DNA from: Deltaproteobacteria bacterium
GTDB lineage: Bacteria; Myxococcota_A; Polyangia; Polyangiales; Houyiibacteriaceae
Assembly (NCBI GenBank): GCA_034670305.1
Contig: JAXMNT010000011.1
Location: forward strand, 64,001-128,000
Length of the DNA stretch: 64,000 nt
Direction: 5' to 3'
Shown here one piece after another: positions 49,430 through 60,343 of this stretch (position 1 is its first letter; each line of letters begins with the position of its first letter). Below the pieces are notes generated by a model, which did not search any database, had not been told where the DNA came from, and saw only the letters and a list, made by a program, of their open reading frames with translations. The translations under genes were made by a program, and so were the position numbers.

Positions 49430-51846
49430 TGTCGCAGCCCTTCCGCGTGCGTCAGCGCGCGCGACGTGTTTCGTGGGTGCTCGCCGGTTGGTTCCTCGCC
49501 GCCACCGCGTGCGGCAACGACCCGACCATCGTGCAGCCCCCGACCTTCGAACGCCCCGGGGACGTCGGGTTCGTGTGTTACGACACCCAGGATCGCGCCC
49601 TCGTCTCGCTCGAGACCTGCCGCGGCCTGACCGGCACCACCGAAGACCGCTACGCGATGACCGCGCTCGTCACCCAGACGGCGAGTGGCGAGGTCGGCGC
49701 GGTGGACCTGCGCACCCAGCAGGTGCTCGACGCGGACCCGCGCGTGCCCGGGTTCACCTTCGTACGCGTCGGTGAGTTCCCGACCGACATCCTCGTCTCG
49801 CCGACCGAGCCGGGGGTCACCTATGTCGCCTCGTTCGGGTCCCGTCGCGTGGAGTACTACGCCACGTCCCGCTTCCGTCCGGACATCGCGGCGCCCGCGA
49901 TTCCGTTCGAGCGCGAAGGCACGGTCCCGCTCGGGTTCGGTCCGATCGACCTGGCGATGGCGCCGGACGGCGGGAGCATCTTCGCCGCGCTCCCTCGGGC
50001 CGGCATGATCGCGCGCATTCCCGTCGAAGCGGATCTGACTCTGTCCGAGACGTTCGAGATGATCGCGCTCGATCCCGCCCTCGGTGTGCCCGTCGCCGCC
50101 CCTGAAGAAGGGAGCGCCTACCAACGCGTCTGCTTGTCGGCGGGCGTGGTCGGGACCTCCGCGAACACCCGCGCAGCGTCCGGCGTGCGCGACCTCTCGA
50201 TCGAGCTGAGCGACACCACCCGGCCGGTTCGGTTGCTGGTCACGGGCGACCAACTGCTGGTCGCCGATGCATCGCGACCCGTGCTCCACCGCTTCCGGAT
50301 CGGCGACACGCTCGAACCGCTGCCGCCGATCGCGACGGGCGTGCCGCTGAGCGACATCGCGGTCACCCCCGAGGTGCCGGCGACCTCCGCATTCGACGAG
50401 ACGGCCACAGAACGGTTCCTCTACGCGATCGACGCCACCGACCAAACCGTGCTCGCGATCGATTTCCTCGAGGGTTCACCCACGTTCGGTGCGGTTCTGC
50501 CTGTGCACGTCGGCGACGGTCCAAGCGATCGCATCCGCCTCCTCACCGATGCCCGCACGATCGCGGTCGTCACACCGGACTTCCCGGAGGGCGAGGCCTG
50601 CGAGATCAGCGGCGAGGTCATCGGCGCCGGCCAGGAGCCCAGCACGCTCACCTCCGGACATCTGCGGGGGGTCTTCCTCGCGGTCGGGCTGAACAACGGG
50701 CTCATCCAGATGGTCGACGTCCACGACCTCAATGCCAACTGCCGAGGCGGCAGCGGCTGCACCACCCCTCCGAACGACTCGGACGTACAGGTCTGGATCC
50801 GTCGCCACGTCGCGCGACGGGCCACCTTCATCAGCACCGGCCTCGGGGTCGTGGGCACGCCGACCTTCAGCTTCGAAGGCGCGCCCGGACGGCTCGAGAA
50901 CGACGGCAGCACCGACGGCGGACCGCGGCTCACGTCCATCGAGTGTCCCACGTTCAACGCACAGGTCTTCCCTGAGACCGGCGACCCGGTGATCTGCGCC
51001 ACCAGCGAAGTCTGGGCCGCCCGCTCCGAGACCTGGACGACGACCTACGAAGGCGCGATTCCCGGCGCGACCAGCGGACGGGCGCGCATCGAAGCGGATG
51101 TGGCGATCGTCGAAGGCGGAAGCTTCTGTCGGCGCGGGGTGCTCGGCACCGCCAACGTGCTGCGCAGCATGCTCGACGCCGAGGATCCCGAACGGGAGTA
51201 TCTCGGAGACCAGCTCGTCGTGACGAGCGACCCGCCGTCCAGCCGCGCGAGCGAGTGCGCCGATTACTTCTACGACGAGATCCTCGAAGAGCGGGCGCGC
51301 GAGATCCAGATCCCGATCGTGGACGCATTCCAAGACCGGCTCGTGCTGGATCCTTCGAGCCCAGGCCTTGCGGAGCTCTCGCGCTGCTACCCGTCGCTCT
51401 TCGGCATCGAAGTGCGCACCCGCGGTGCGTTCACGGTGCAGGGCTCGGTCAGCGGCTTCAGCCACCGGGTCGTCGCAGGGGACGAAGGACGGTGCCTCGT
51501 CGACCGCGTCGGGCAGCCCATCGACCCAACGGATTCGAGCAGCTTCCGCAACAGCCGCGCGTTCAACAACCGCTTCTACCAGAACCCTTACGTCGCATTT
51601 CAGATCTCCCACCCGGAGTTCAGTGTGATGACCGGCGTGGACGCGGCCCTGACCTTCGTGGTGGGCGGCGTGCCGCCTGTGCTCGTGGCCGACCCCGGCC
51701 TGCGCGGATCGGGACGGCGGCCCGTCATCCTCGAGCGCTTGGTGTTCAACGACGTCGACGACCACATGTACGTCGTGGACAGCAACTCGGATGGCTTCGT
51801 CCAGTACGGCCTCGATCCTCTGACGGCGAACCTCACCTTCGAGTAG
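49429..51846 (+). CDS. large beta-rich lipoprotein
   Basis: Lipobox ATAC, propeller-like N-terminal half, paired Cys, TGATG coupling to the upstream gene. Confidence 0.8.
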   Translation: MSQPFRVRQRARRVSWVLAGWFLAATACGNDPTIVQPPTFERPGDVGFVCYDTQDRALVSLETCRGLTGTTEDRYAMTALVTQTASGEVGAVDLRTQQVLDADPRVPGFTFVRVGEFPTDILVSPTEPGVTYVASFGSRRVEYYATSRFRPDIAAPAIPFEREGTVPLGFGPIDLAMAPDGGSIFAALPRAGMIARIPVEADLTLSETFEMIALDPALGVPVAAPEEGSAYQRVCLSAGVVGTSANTRAASGVRDLSIELSDTTRPVRLLVTGDQLLVADASRPVLHRFRIGDTLEPLPPIATGVPLSDIAVTPEVPATSAFDETATERFLYAIDATDQTVLAIDFLEGSPTFGAVLPVHVGDGPSDRIRLLTDARTIAVVTPDFPEGEACEISGEVIGAGQEPSTLTSGHLRGVFLAVGLNNGLIQMVDVHDLNANCRGGSGCTTPPNDSDVQVWIRRHVARRATFISTGLGVVGTPTFSFEGAPGRLENDGSTDGGPRLTSIECPTFNAQVFPETGDPVICATSEVWAARSETWTTTYEGAIPGATSGRARIEADVAIVEGGSFCRRGVLGTANVLRSMLDAEDPEREYLGDQLVVTSDPPSSRASECADYFYDEILEERAREIQIPIVDAFQDRLVLDPSSPGLAELSRCYPSLFGIEVRTRGAFTVQGSVSGFSHRVVAGDEGRCLVDRVGQPIDPTDSSSFRNSRAFNNRFYQNPYVAFQISHPEFSVMTGVDAALTFVVGGVPPVLVADPGLRGSGRRPVILERLVFNDVDDHMYVVDSNSDGFVQYGLDPLTANLTFE

Positions 51847-51857
51847 GCTCCGTCGCG

Positions 51858-54674
51858 ATGGCGACCGGCTCCAAGACGCCCGCGGATGCGGCCACGCCCA
51901 AGGGCCAGTCGTCCGCGCCGGCGAAGCCCTCGAAGAAAAAGGGTCGGAAGAAGAGCGGCAAGGACAAGGGGCACACCCCAGTCATGCTGCAGTTCCTCCG
52001 CGCGAAGGAACAGTATCCGAACGCGCTCCTCTTCTTCCGAATGGGCGACTTCTACGAGATGTTCTACGACGACGCGGTGCGCGCGTCGGAGCTGCTCCAG
52101 ATCGCGCTCACCTCCCGCGGCACCGGTCCCGAGGGAGAGGACATTCCGATGGCCGGCGTGCCCCACCATGCGGCCGCCGGCTACCTCATCAAGTTGCTTG
52201 GGCTCGGCGTGACGGTGGCCATCTGCGAGCAGATGGCGGACCCGAAGACTGTGAAGGGCATCGTCCCGCGCGAAGTGGTCCGCGTGATCACCCCGGGACT
52301 CTGCCTGGAAGAAGAAGCCCTCGACGACCGGACCGATCACCACCTGGTCGCGTTGGCGCGCGAGGGGAAACAGGTCGGTTTGGCAGCGCTCGAGATGAGC
52401 GCTGGGCGGCTTCGGGCGGCGAGCTTCGAAGACCCGAGCGCGCTTCTGGCGGAACTCGTTCGTCTGGAACCGCGCGAGCTGCTCTTGCCAGCGGAAGGCA
52501 TCAAGGCGCTCGGGTTCGACGACGGGTTCGCCGCGGGGGTGCGCGGGCTGCTGCGCGATGTGCCCACCCAATCGTGGACCGCGCCCGATGCCGAAGAGTC
52601 CGCGCTGGTCGCGGCGGTCGGCGCGGAAGAAGCGGCCGCCGGACGCGAGAAGTTCTCGCCCGCCGCGCTCTTGGCGATCGAAGCGGCGCTCTCCTATGCG
52701 CGTTCAACCCAGCCCAAGACCCCGCTCGATGTCCGGCAGATCGATCCCTACGATCCGCACGACCAGCTGGTGCTCGACGAGTCGGCGGTCCGGAACCTCG
52801 AGCTGGTGCGGACGTTGGCTGGAGAGCGCAAAGGCTCGCTGCTCTCGTTGGTCGATTCCACCCGCACCGCGCTCGGCGCGCGTCTTCTCCGGCGCCGGAT
52901 TCTGGCGCCGCTGATCGACCTCGCCGGCATTCGGAGGCGCCACGACGCGGTGGAGGCGTTCGTGCGAGACGCGACCTTGCGGGAGTCGCTGCGGGACGCG
53001 CTCAAGGGCCTTGGGGATCTCGAGCGACTGACCACCCGCGCCTCCCACGGTCTGGCCACCCCGAGGGATCTCGGCCTCATTCGCCACGCACTTCGTGGTG
53101 CCGCGGGCGTCGCGGCGCTGCTCGCGTCCGGCGCGGACCGCACGACCGACGACGCGCTTCAGAGGCTGGTGCCGAGCGACGTGTGCGCCGACGTGCGCGA
53201 CCTGCTGGAGACCGCGCTTCTGGAAGAGGGCTTGCCGGTGGTCGTGAGCGGCGGCGGCATCATCCGCGAGAAGGTGGATCCCGACCTGGACGACCTGCGC
53301 ACGCTCTCGGCCGAAGCCAAGGACGTCATCCTCGAACTCGAGGCACGCGAGCGCAAACGCACCGGCATCGCCTCGTTGAAGGTCAAGTACACGAAGGTGT
53401 TCGGCTACTACATCGAGGTCACGCGCGCGAACCTCGCGTCGGTGCCGGACGACTACGTTCGCAAGCAGACGATCGCGAACGGCGAACGCTACGTCACCGA
53501 AGAACTCTCGGACCTGCAGGAGAAGATCCTCGGCGCGGACGAGCGGGCCAAAGCGCTCGAGCAGCAGATGTTCGAGGACCTCCGCGTCCGGGTCGCGAAA
53601 GAAGCGTACCGGTTGCGGCGGCTCGCTTCGCAGATCGCCGCGCTCGACGTACACGCGTCGTTCGCGGACCAAGCGCACCGGTACGATTACTGCCGTCCGA
53701 CGGTCGACGACTCCCGGCGGCTCGAGTTGAAGGACGCGCGGCATCCGATCGTGGAACGTCTCGCCGCCGACGGTTCGTTCGTGCCGAACGACGTGGTGCT
53801 CGATGCCGAGGTCGGGAGCAGGCCGAAGGCCGGAGGGGATGCCCCATCCCCTCAGACAACACAGGGCAACCGGCTGATGATCCTCACGGGCCCCAACATG
53901 TCGGGCAAGTCGACCGCGATGCGGCAGGCGGCGCTCGCGGTGATCCTCGCCCAAGCCGGCGGATTCGTGCCCGCGTCCGCCGCGCACATCGGCTGTGTGG
54001 ATCGTGTCTACACCCGCGTCGGCGCGAGCGACGCGCTCGGGGAAGGGCGCAGCACGTTCATGGTGGAGATGAGCGAAGCGGCCACGATCCTGCGCCACGC
54101 CACCGCACGTTCGCTGGTGGTGCTCGACGAGATCGGGCGCGGCACCAGCACCTACGACGGACTGGCCATCGCCTGGGCGATCGCCGAGCACCTCCACGAC
54201 CACGTGCGCTGCCGAGCGATGTTCGCGACCCACTACCACGAACTGTGCGAGCTCGCGGTGACCCACGAAGGCGCGTTCAACATGAACGTGGCCGCCACGG
54301 AGTACGAAGACGACGTGGTCTTCCTCCACAAACTCGTGCCGGGTGGGAGCAGCCGCAGCTACGGCGTCGCGGTCGCTCGGCTCGCCGGGGTTCCGCCGAT
54401 CGTCATCGCGCGCGCCAAAGCGATCCTCAAAGACCTCGAGTCCGGCACCGCGCTGCCGTCCGGCGAACCCTCGCGCCTGCGCCCCGTCGACACGCAGGGG
54501 CGTGCGCAGCTGGATCTGTTCGCGTCGCCCGCCGACGTCGAGCCCGCCGCGCCTGCGCCCACCCCCTCGAAAGTGGAGGCGACCCTCGCGGAACTCGACG
54601 TCGAGCGCATGACCCCGGTGCAAGCGTTGGTCGCGCTCTCACGTCTACGGGATCTCCTGGCCCAGAAAGAGTAA
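51858..54674 (+). CDS. mutS: DNA mismatch repair protein MutS
   Basis: [58 protein letters not shown]. Confidence 0.98.
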   Translation: MATGSKTPADAATPKGQSSAPAKPSKKKGRKKSGKDKGHTPVMLQFLRAKEQYPNALLFFRMGDFYEMFYDDAVRASELLQIALTSRGTGPEGEDIPMAGVPHHAAAGYLIKLLGLGVTVAICEQMADPKTVKGIVPREVVRVITPGLCLEEEALDDRTDHHLVALAREGKQVGLAALEMSAGRLRAASFEDPSALLAELVRLEPRELLLPAEGIKALGFDDGFAAGVRGLLRDVPTQSWTAPDAEESALVAAVGAEEAAAGREKFSPAALLAIEAALSYARSTQPKTPLDVRQIDPYDPHDQLVLDESAVRNLELVRTLAGERKGSLLSLVDSTRTALGARLLRRRILAPLIDLAGIRRRHDAVEAFVRDATLRESLRDALKGLGDLERLTTRASHGLATPRDLGLIRHALRGAAGVAALLASGADRTTDDALQRLVPSDVCADVRDLLETALLEEGLPVVVSGGGIIREKVDPDLDDLRTLSAEAKDVILELEARERKRTGIASLKVKYTKVFGYYIEVTRANLASVPDDYVRKQTIANGERYVTEELSDLQEKILGADERAKALEQQMFEDLRVRVAKEAYRLRRLASQIAALDVHASFADQAHRYDYCRPTVDDSRRLELKDARHPIVERLAADGSFVPNDVVLDAEVGSRPKAGGDAPSPQTTQGNRLMILTGPNMSGKSTAMRQAALAVILAQAGGFVPASAAHIGCVDRVYTRVGASDALGEGRSTFMVEMSEAATILRHATARSLVVLDEIGRGTSTYDGLAIAWAIAEHLHDHVRCRAMFATHYHELCELAVTHEGAFNMNVAATEYEDDVVFLHKLVPGGSSRSYGVAVARLAGVPPIVIARAKAILKDLESGTALPSGEPSRLRPVDTQGRAQLDLFASPADVEPAAPAPTPSKVEATLAELDVERMTPVQALVALSRLRDLLAQKE
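53809..53862 (+). repeat. REP-like double-hairpin element, copy B, in frame inside mutS
   Basis: AGGTCGGGAGCAGGCCGAAGGCCGGAGGGGATGCCCCATCCCCTCAGACAACAC (54 nt). Confidence 0.78.
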
Positions 54675-54685
54675 CCTCGGCTGAG

Positions 54686-55738
54686 ATGAGCGACGACCCG
54701 CCCGACCGATGGATCGAAGAGATCGAAGCCGCCGACGTGGCATTGGCCGAAGCACTCGACAAGCGCGCGCGCGCATGCCGTGAGCTGCACCGCATTCAGA
54801 CCGACTCGCCGGAGGCGTTCTTTCGCATGCCACGTGCGGACGACGTCGTGACGCGGCTCACCGGGCGCATGTCCGACTTCCCCGTGTCCGGACTCGGACC
54901 GATCGTCCGCGAAGTGATCTCGGCGTGCGACAGCCTCACCACGCCCACCGAGGTGGGCTACTTCGGAACGCCGGGCAGCTTCGCCCACTTGGCCGCGCGT
55001 CAGCATTTTGGGCACGCCGCACACTTCGTTGCGCTCGCCACCACCGCAGAGGTCCTCGAGCGCGTGGCGCGGGGTCGCCTGCAGTTCGGTCTGCTTCCGC
55101 TCGAGACCAGCTCCGACGGGGCGGTCACTGCGACGTTGACCGGGCTCTCCCAGAGCGAGGCGTGCATCTGCGCCGAGGTCGAGGTCGAACACTCGTACCA
55201 CCTGCTCAGCACGACGGGGAACTCGACCGACATCGAAAAGGTGTATGGCACCCGTGCCGCGCTGGCGGCCTCGCAGTTGTTCCTCGCGCGCGAGTTGCCG
55301 CGGGCCACCCTGATGGACGTGCCCAGTGGAGAACTCGCCGCAGACCTCGCCCGATCCGACCACGGCGCGGGGGTGGTCGGCACCCGCATGCTGGAGGAGC
55401 TCTTCTCGCTTCGGGTCGCCGTCGAGGCGATCAGTCCTCGAACGAGCACCCGCTACGCCGTGGTGAGCACCGAACTGCCCAGCCGGAGCGGCAAGGATCG
55501 GACGGTGATCACGATGGCCGTGCACGACGCGCCCGGTGCGCTCTACGAGAGCCTCAAACCCTTCGCGTCCCGCGACGTGAACCTGACCAACGTGGAATCC
55601 CGTCCGACCGAACAGTGGCGATACCTCTTCTTCGTGGAGATGGAAGGGCACGTGACCGACCGGCCGATCCTGACGGCGCTCGAAGAGCTGCGCAGCATCA
55701 GCCGGTTCGTCAAAGTGCTGGGCAGTTACCCACTCTGA
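54686..55738 (+). CDS. pheA: chorismate mutase / prephenate dehydratase (P-protein), divergent
   Basis: CM-like helix, YFGTPGSFAHLAA, STRY, ACT domain PGALYESL..LTNVESRP, terminal VLGSYP, and position before hisC. Confidence 0.88.
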   Translation: MSDDPPDRWIEEIEAADVALAEALDKRARACRELHRIQTDSPEAFFRMPRADDVVTRLTGRMSDFPVSGLGPIVREVISACDSLTTPTEVGYFGTPGSFAHLAARQHFGHAAHFVALATTAEVLERVARGRLQFGLLPLETSSDGAVTATLTGLSQSEACICAEVEVEHSYHLLSTTGNSTDIEKVYGTRAALAASQLFLARELPRATLMDVPSGELAADLARSDHGAGVVGTRMLEELFSLRVAVEAISPRTSTRYAVVSTELPSRSGKDRTVITMAVHDAPGALYESLKPFASRDVNLTNVESRPTEQWRYLFFVEMEGHVTDRPILTALEELRSISRFVKVLGSYPL

Positions 55739-55818
55739 GTGCTCCCGGACGACGCCCAGGCCCGATTCCCTGGGGCCGCGCTTGCGTCTGCCGGGCTCCG
55801 CCACCATCCTCCCTCGCC

Positions 55819-56958
55819 ATGGCCGAACCCGAGTCTCGTCAAGCCACCGGTGGCCACCCCGACCCGCTCGTGGCGCCCCATGTCGCCCGGATGGTTCCCT
55901 ACAAACCCGGCAAACCCGTCGCGGAACTCGAGCGCGAGCTCGGCATCCGCAATGCGATCAAACTTGCGTCCAACGAGAACCCGCTCGGGCCCTCGCCCCA
56001 CGTGGCTGCGTTGCTCGGCGAAGCCGGTCTGCGCCCGGAGATCTACCCGGACGGCTCGGGTTTCGAGCTTCGCCAAGCACTGGCCGCGCACCACGACGTC
56101 GCCATGAACCAGGTCGTCCTCGGCAACGGAAGCAACGAGCTCATCGATCTGGTTTGCCGCACGTTCGCCTATGGCGACGACCACCTGGTCTTCGGAAAAC
56201 CGAGCTTCGTTTGTTACTGGCTCGGCTCGGTGGCTTCGAACCTCGCGTACACCGAAGCACCGCTGAAGGACGACCTCGCGTGGGACGTCGACGCGCTGCT
56301 CTCCGCGGTCACGCCGAAGACGAAGATCGTGTTCGTCGCCAACCCGAACAACCCCACCGGCGCGCACATGACGCGGGCCGACCTCGCGCGACTGGTGCAC
56401 GAACTGCCGCCGCGCGTCGTGCTCGTGCTGGACGAAGCGTACGTCGAGTTCGCCGATGCGGACGACTTCGCGAGCGCGTTCGAGTTTCGCGCCGAGCGGG
56501 AGCGCTTGTTGGTGCTCCGCACCTTCAGCAAGGCCTACGGGCTGGCGGCGCTGCGGGTCGGCTACGTCGTCGGTGCACCCGAGCTCATCGACTACCTCAA
56601 CCGGATGCGCGCGCCGTTCAATGTGAACGCGCTGGCGCAGCGGGCCGCGCTCGCCGCCCTTGGCGACCCGGAACATGTCGCGAAGTACGTCGCGCTCAAC
56701 CGCGTCGAACGGGCGCGGGTGGGCGAGCGACTCGAGGCGCTCGGCCTCACGGTGGCGCCGTCCCAAGCGAACTTCTTGCTGGTCGACGTGCGACCGCGTG
56801 GGTTCACGGGCGCTCAGGTATACGACGCGCTGCTGAGCAAGGGTGTGATCGTGCGGCCGATGCCGCCGCCGCTGGAGGGATTCGTGAGGATCACCATCGG
56901 GCTCGAAACATGGAACGACCGGCTGCTGGAAGTGGCCACGGAGGTTTGCGGTGGCTGA
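55819..56958 (+). CDS. hisC: histidinol-phosphate aminotransferase
   Basis: KLASNENPLG, GNGSNELI, NPNNPTG, DEAY, RTFSKAYGLAALRVGY. Confidence 0.96.
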   Translation: MAEPESRQATGGHPDPLVAPHVARMVPYKPGKPVAELERELGIRNAIKLASNENPLGPSPHVAALLGEAGLRPEIYPDGSGFELRQALAAHHDVAMNQVVLGNGSNELIDLVCRTFAYGDDHLVFGKPSFVCYWLGSVASNLAYTEAPLKDDLAWDVDALLSAVTPKTKIVFVANPNNPTGAHMTRADLARLVHELPPRVVLVLDEAYVEFADADDFASAFEFRAERERLLVLRTFSKAYGLAALRVGYVVGAPELIDYLNRMRAPFNVNALAQRAALAALGDPEHVAKYVALNRVERARVGERLEALGLTVAPSQANFLLVDVRPRGFTGAQVYDALLSKGVIVRPMPPPLEGFVRITIGLETWNDRLLEVATEVCGG

Positions 56959-56980
56959 CTTGACGAACGAATGGACGGGT

Positions 56981-58018
56981 ATGCGCGCGCGGGTACACGC
57001 GGCGTCGTGGATGCTCCTCGCGGGCGTTCTCGGATGCGGCGGCGGCACCCAGGTCGAAGGCGAGACGACGCCGGTGGAGGTGCAGCACGTCGAGGTCGCC
57101 GCGGCGCCGACGCCGATCGAGGTGCTTCACCCCGACAGCTTCGCCCTCATCGAAGTGGACGTCGCCCGCGCTCGGAACTCGCCGTACTACCCCATCGTAT
57201 GGCCCTGGATCGTCGGCTTGATCGAAGACGAAGCCCGGGACGAAGCGCCGCGCCTCATCGAGGCGCTCAACCAGGCGATTCAAGATGTCGACCGAGTCTA
57301 CGCGTCGTTCGTGCCCCGCAACTCGGGAAGCTACGACCTCGGCTCGGTGGTCGTCGAAGGGCGCTTCGAACCCGGCGAAGTCGAGGGCTGGCTCCGGAGC
57401 GCGGTACCGCCCGAACGCGCGGCCCGGCTCACGCCGACGCAGATCGGAAACTACCGCGGCTTCTCGATGGGTGACGAAACGAGCGCCAGCTCGGGCGCGC
57501 TCATCGAAGTCAGTCCCTCGATCTGGGTCCTCGGACCGCGGAGCGCGCTCGAAGCGCCCCTCGCGAACCCTGCGGCACCGGCTGCGTTCTCGGACGCGTC
57601 CTTCCTCGAGGCGCGCACGCGTCTGTCGATCGCACAGCCGATGGCGACCTGCGTCGTACTCGGCACCGAAGAGGGCAAACGACTCTTGCGCCGGGACTCT
57701 CCGCTCGAGAGGCAAGCGGAGTCCGCGCGCAGCGCCGCCGTCTCCGTCGACGCGACCTCGGGCGTGCAGCTCGACTCGATCGCACTCTTCGACTCCCCAG
57801 AGCCAGCCAGCGTCTTGGTCGGTCGGCTGTCGGAGCTGCGCAACGAAGCCGCGAACTCGATGCCCATCCGCATGATGCCGCGCGTCTCCAGCGCGATCGA
57901 GTCCATCGCGATCCAGCAGGATGCGTCGGACGTCGGGGTGGCTTTCCAGATGCCTGACGCAGAGCTTCGCCCGCTGCTCGAGACGCTTGGCGGCTTCATC
58001 TCCATGGCCCGCAACTGA
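56981..58018 (+). CDS. hypothetical lipoprotein
   Basis: MRARVHAASWMLLAGVLGC lipobox. Alternative start GTG 56951. Confidence 0.8.
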   Translation: MRARVHAASWMLLAGVLGCGGGTQVEGETTPVEVQHVEVAAAPTPIEVLHPDSFALIEVDVARARNSPYYPIVWPWIVGLIEDEARDEAPRLIEALNQAIQDVDRVYASFVPRNSGSYDLGSVVVEGRFEPGEVEGWLRSAVPPERAARLTPTQIGNYRGFSMGDETSASSGALIEVSPSIWVLGPRSALEAPLANPAAPAAFSDASFLEARTRLSIAQPMATCVVLGTEEGKRLLRRDSPLERQAESARSAAVSVDATSGVQLDSIALFDSPEPASVLVGRLSELRNEAANSMPIRMMPRVSSAIESIAIQQDASDVGVAFQMPDAELRPLLETLGGFISMARN

Positions 58019-58043
58019 TCGAAAGCGCGGCCTCGCCCCAACC

Positions 58044-59417
58044 ATGAGTTCATTCATCGTTCGACCTTCCGGACCCCTTCGCGGAGACGCGCGGGTGCCC
58101 GGCGACAAGTCCATCGGCCACCGCGGCGTGCTCTTCGGATCGCTCGCGCGCGGTCGCTGCGTCTTGCGTGGGCTCGCGGCGGGCGAGGACAACCGGTCGA
58201 CGGTGGAGGCGATGCGCGCGATGGGCGTGTCGATCGAACTGGTGGAGACGCCCATCGGACTGACCGCGACCATCGACGGGGTGGGGCTTCGAGGGCTGCG
58301 GCTCCCGAGTGGGGCCATCGACTGCGGCAACTCCGGCACCACCATGCGGCTGCTCATCGGCCTGATGTCGGGGCAACGCTTCGGCACCCGGTTGACCGGC
58401 GATGCATCGCTGACGCGTCGGCCGATGGGTCGCGTCGTCGCGCCGCTGCGCGCCCGCGGTGCCCATGTGCAGGGCAGCAGCCCCGAAGGGCGCGCGGCCC
58501 GAACCGAAGACGACTGTTACCCGCCGTTGAGCGTGGCCCCGCTCGTCGAAGGCGAAGCGTTGCTCGGGCTCGAGTACGACATGCCGGTGGCGAGCGCGCA
58601 GGTGAAGAGTTGTCTCCTGCTCAGTGGCCTCTACGCGGGCGGACCGACCATCCTCAAAGAACCAGTGGTGAGTCGGGACCACACCGAACGCATGCTGGTC
58701 GCGCTCGGCGTGCCGCTCCAGACCGTGGGCCCGATGGTGGCCTTCGATCCAGACGACCCGGAATGGAAGGGCGGCTGGGATCCCTTCGACTGGGAGGTCC
58801 CCGGTGATCTCTCGAGCGCGGCGTTTCTGCTCGCGGGCGCACTGATGGTTCCGGGCAGCGAGGTCGTGGTGCGCGGCGTCGGCACGAACCCGACCCGCAC
58901 GGGGATTCTCGACGTGGTGCGTTTGATGGGCGCCGGCGCCCAAGCGGCGCCCATCGAAGAAGGCGCCGGTGGGGAGCCGCGCGCCGACCTCCACGTCGCC
59001 CACACCCAGCCCCGCGGCGTGGCGTTCGGCGGAGAACTCCTGGTCCGCATGATCGACGAAGTGCCCGCCCTGTGTGCGGTCGCCGCGGCGTCCTCGGGCA
59101 CGACGGAGATCCGCGACGCGCAGGAACTGCGGGTCAAGGAGTCGGACCGCATCGCCGCGATGGCATCCGTACTGACCGCGTTTGGCTGCGCCAACGAAGA
59201 ACTCGAGGACGGCATCCGCATCCACGGTGGAAGCGCTCTTCGCGCGGCCACCGTGGAGAGCCGCGGCGACCACCGCATCGCGATGAGTGCGGCGCTGCTC
59301 GGTCTGATCGCCGACGGCGAGACCGTGGTGGAAGACGTCGATTGCGTGGCCACCAGCTTCCCGACCTTTGCCGACACGTTGCGCAAACTCGGTGCGGATG
59401 TAGAGCACCGGACATGA
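58044..59417 (+). CDS. aroA: 3-phosphoshikimate 1-carboxyvinyltransferase
   Basis: PGDKSIGHR, CGNSGTTMR, SAQVKS, RDHTE, LRVKESDRI, DHRIAM. Confidence 0.97.
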   Translation: MSSFIVRPSGPLRGDARVPGDKSIGHRGVLFGSLARGRCVLRGLAAGEDNRSTVEAMRAMGVSIELVETPIGLTATIDGVGLRGLRLPSGAIDCGNSGTTMRLLIGLMSGQRFGTRLTGDASLTRRPMGRVVAPLRARGAHVQGSSPEGRAARTEDDCYPPLSVAPLVEGEALLGLEYDMPVASAQVKSCLLLSGLYAGGPTILKEPVVSRDHTERMLVALGVPLQTVGPMVAFDPDDPEWKGGWDPFDWEVPGDLSSAAFLLAGALMVPGSEVVVRGVGTNPTRTGILDVVRLMGAGAQAAPIEEGAGGEPRADLHVAHTQPRGVAFGGELLVRMIDEVPALCAVAAASSGTTEIRDAQELRVKESDRIAAMASVLTAFGCANEELEDGIRIHGGSALRAATVESRGDHRIAMSAALLGLIADGETVVEDVDCVATSFPTFADTLRKLGADVEHRT

Positions 59418-60094
59418 GCCGTCTGCATCCCATCGTCGCCATCGACGGCCCGGCCGGCGCGGGCAAGAGTTCCGTTGCACGCGAAGTCGCCAAAGCCCTC
59501 GGCTACGTGCTGGTGGACACCGGCGCGCTCTACCGCGGGCTGGCGCTGGCCGCGCGCGAGCGGGGGATCGCCTGGACCGACGGCCCGGCCCTCGGCACAC
59601 TCGCCGATGCCCTCGAGCTGCATTTCGAGGTCTCGGACGACGGCCCGCTCCTCCACATCGACGGCGTGAACCGCGCAGACGACATCCGGAGCCCCGACGT
59701 CTCCGAGGGCGCGAGCCAGGTGTCCGCCCACCCCGCGGTGCGCAACGCATTGCTCGGCATCCAGCGCCGGCTCGGGGCCGAGGGTGGGGTGGTGCTCGAA
59801 GGCCGCGACATCGGGACCGTCGTCTTCCCGGACGCCGAGGTGAAGTTCTTCCTGACCGCGAGCCCGGAGGAACGTGCCCGCCGGCGGGTCCAGGACCTCG
59901 AAGGCCGTGGTGTGGTCGCGAACTTCGACGAGGTCCTGGCGAGCATCCGGGTCCGAGACGACCGGGACTCGGCACGCGAAGTAGCGCCGCTGAAGCCCGC
60001 GTCGGACGCCACGGAACTCGACAGCACCGAGCTGCAGCGCGACGAAGTCGTGGCCACCATCGTGGCGGCCGTGGCCGAACATCTGGGCCGCTGA
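59414..60094 (+). CDS. cmk: cytidylate kinase
   Basis: AIDGPAGAGKSS, DTGALYR, EGRDIGTVVFPDA, RD..D..R.VAPL. Confidence 0.97.
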   Translation: MSRLHPIVAIDGPAGAGKSSVAREVAKALGYVLVDTGALYRGLALAARERGIAWTDGPALGTLADALELHFEVSDDGPLLHIDGVNRADDIRSPDVSEGASQVSAHPAVRNALLGIQRRLGAEGGVVLEGRDIGTVVFPDAEVKFFLTASPEERARRRVQDLEGRGVVANFDEVLASIRVRDDRDSAREVAPLKPASDATELDSTELQRDEVVATIVAAVAEHLGR

Positions 60095-60192
60095 ACGGGT
60101 CCCCAGGCCGGTCGCTGTGACATCGGCTGGCCATCGAGCCATCCGAGACCCGATCCCTCGGCGCTGGCGACCGAAACGTGGGTCGCCCCCGA

Positions 60193-60221
60193 TTGACAGC
60201 ATGGGTGGGCACTGCTAACCC
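60193..60221 (+). promoter_or_regulatory. putative internal promoter for rpsA
   Basis: TTGACA-17 nt-TAACCC with TG just upstream of a weak -10 box. Confidence 0.4.
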
Positions 60222-60343
60222 GCGCGTCCGCGACGCCGTTGTCGCACCCGTCCGCCAATTTGGAGTGCGGCCGGTTTGTAGACCCTAGCCGGGATGCTGT
60301 CTCACGTCGCGACTCCGACCGCGTGAGCCCACCCGCCACCAAA

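Noticed and set aside
58470-58520. Extra loop in AroA with a small GCCC-CGAA-GGGC hairpin
   Set aside because: The stem is only 4 bp and does not align with the element in mutS; probably a lineage-specific loop.
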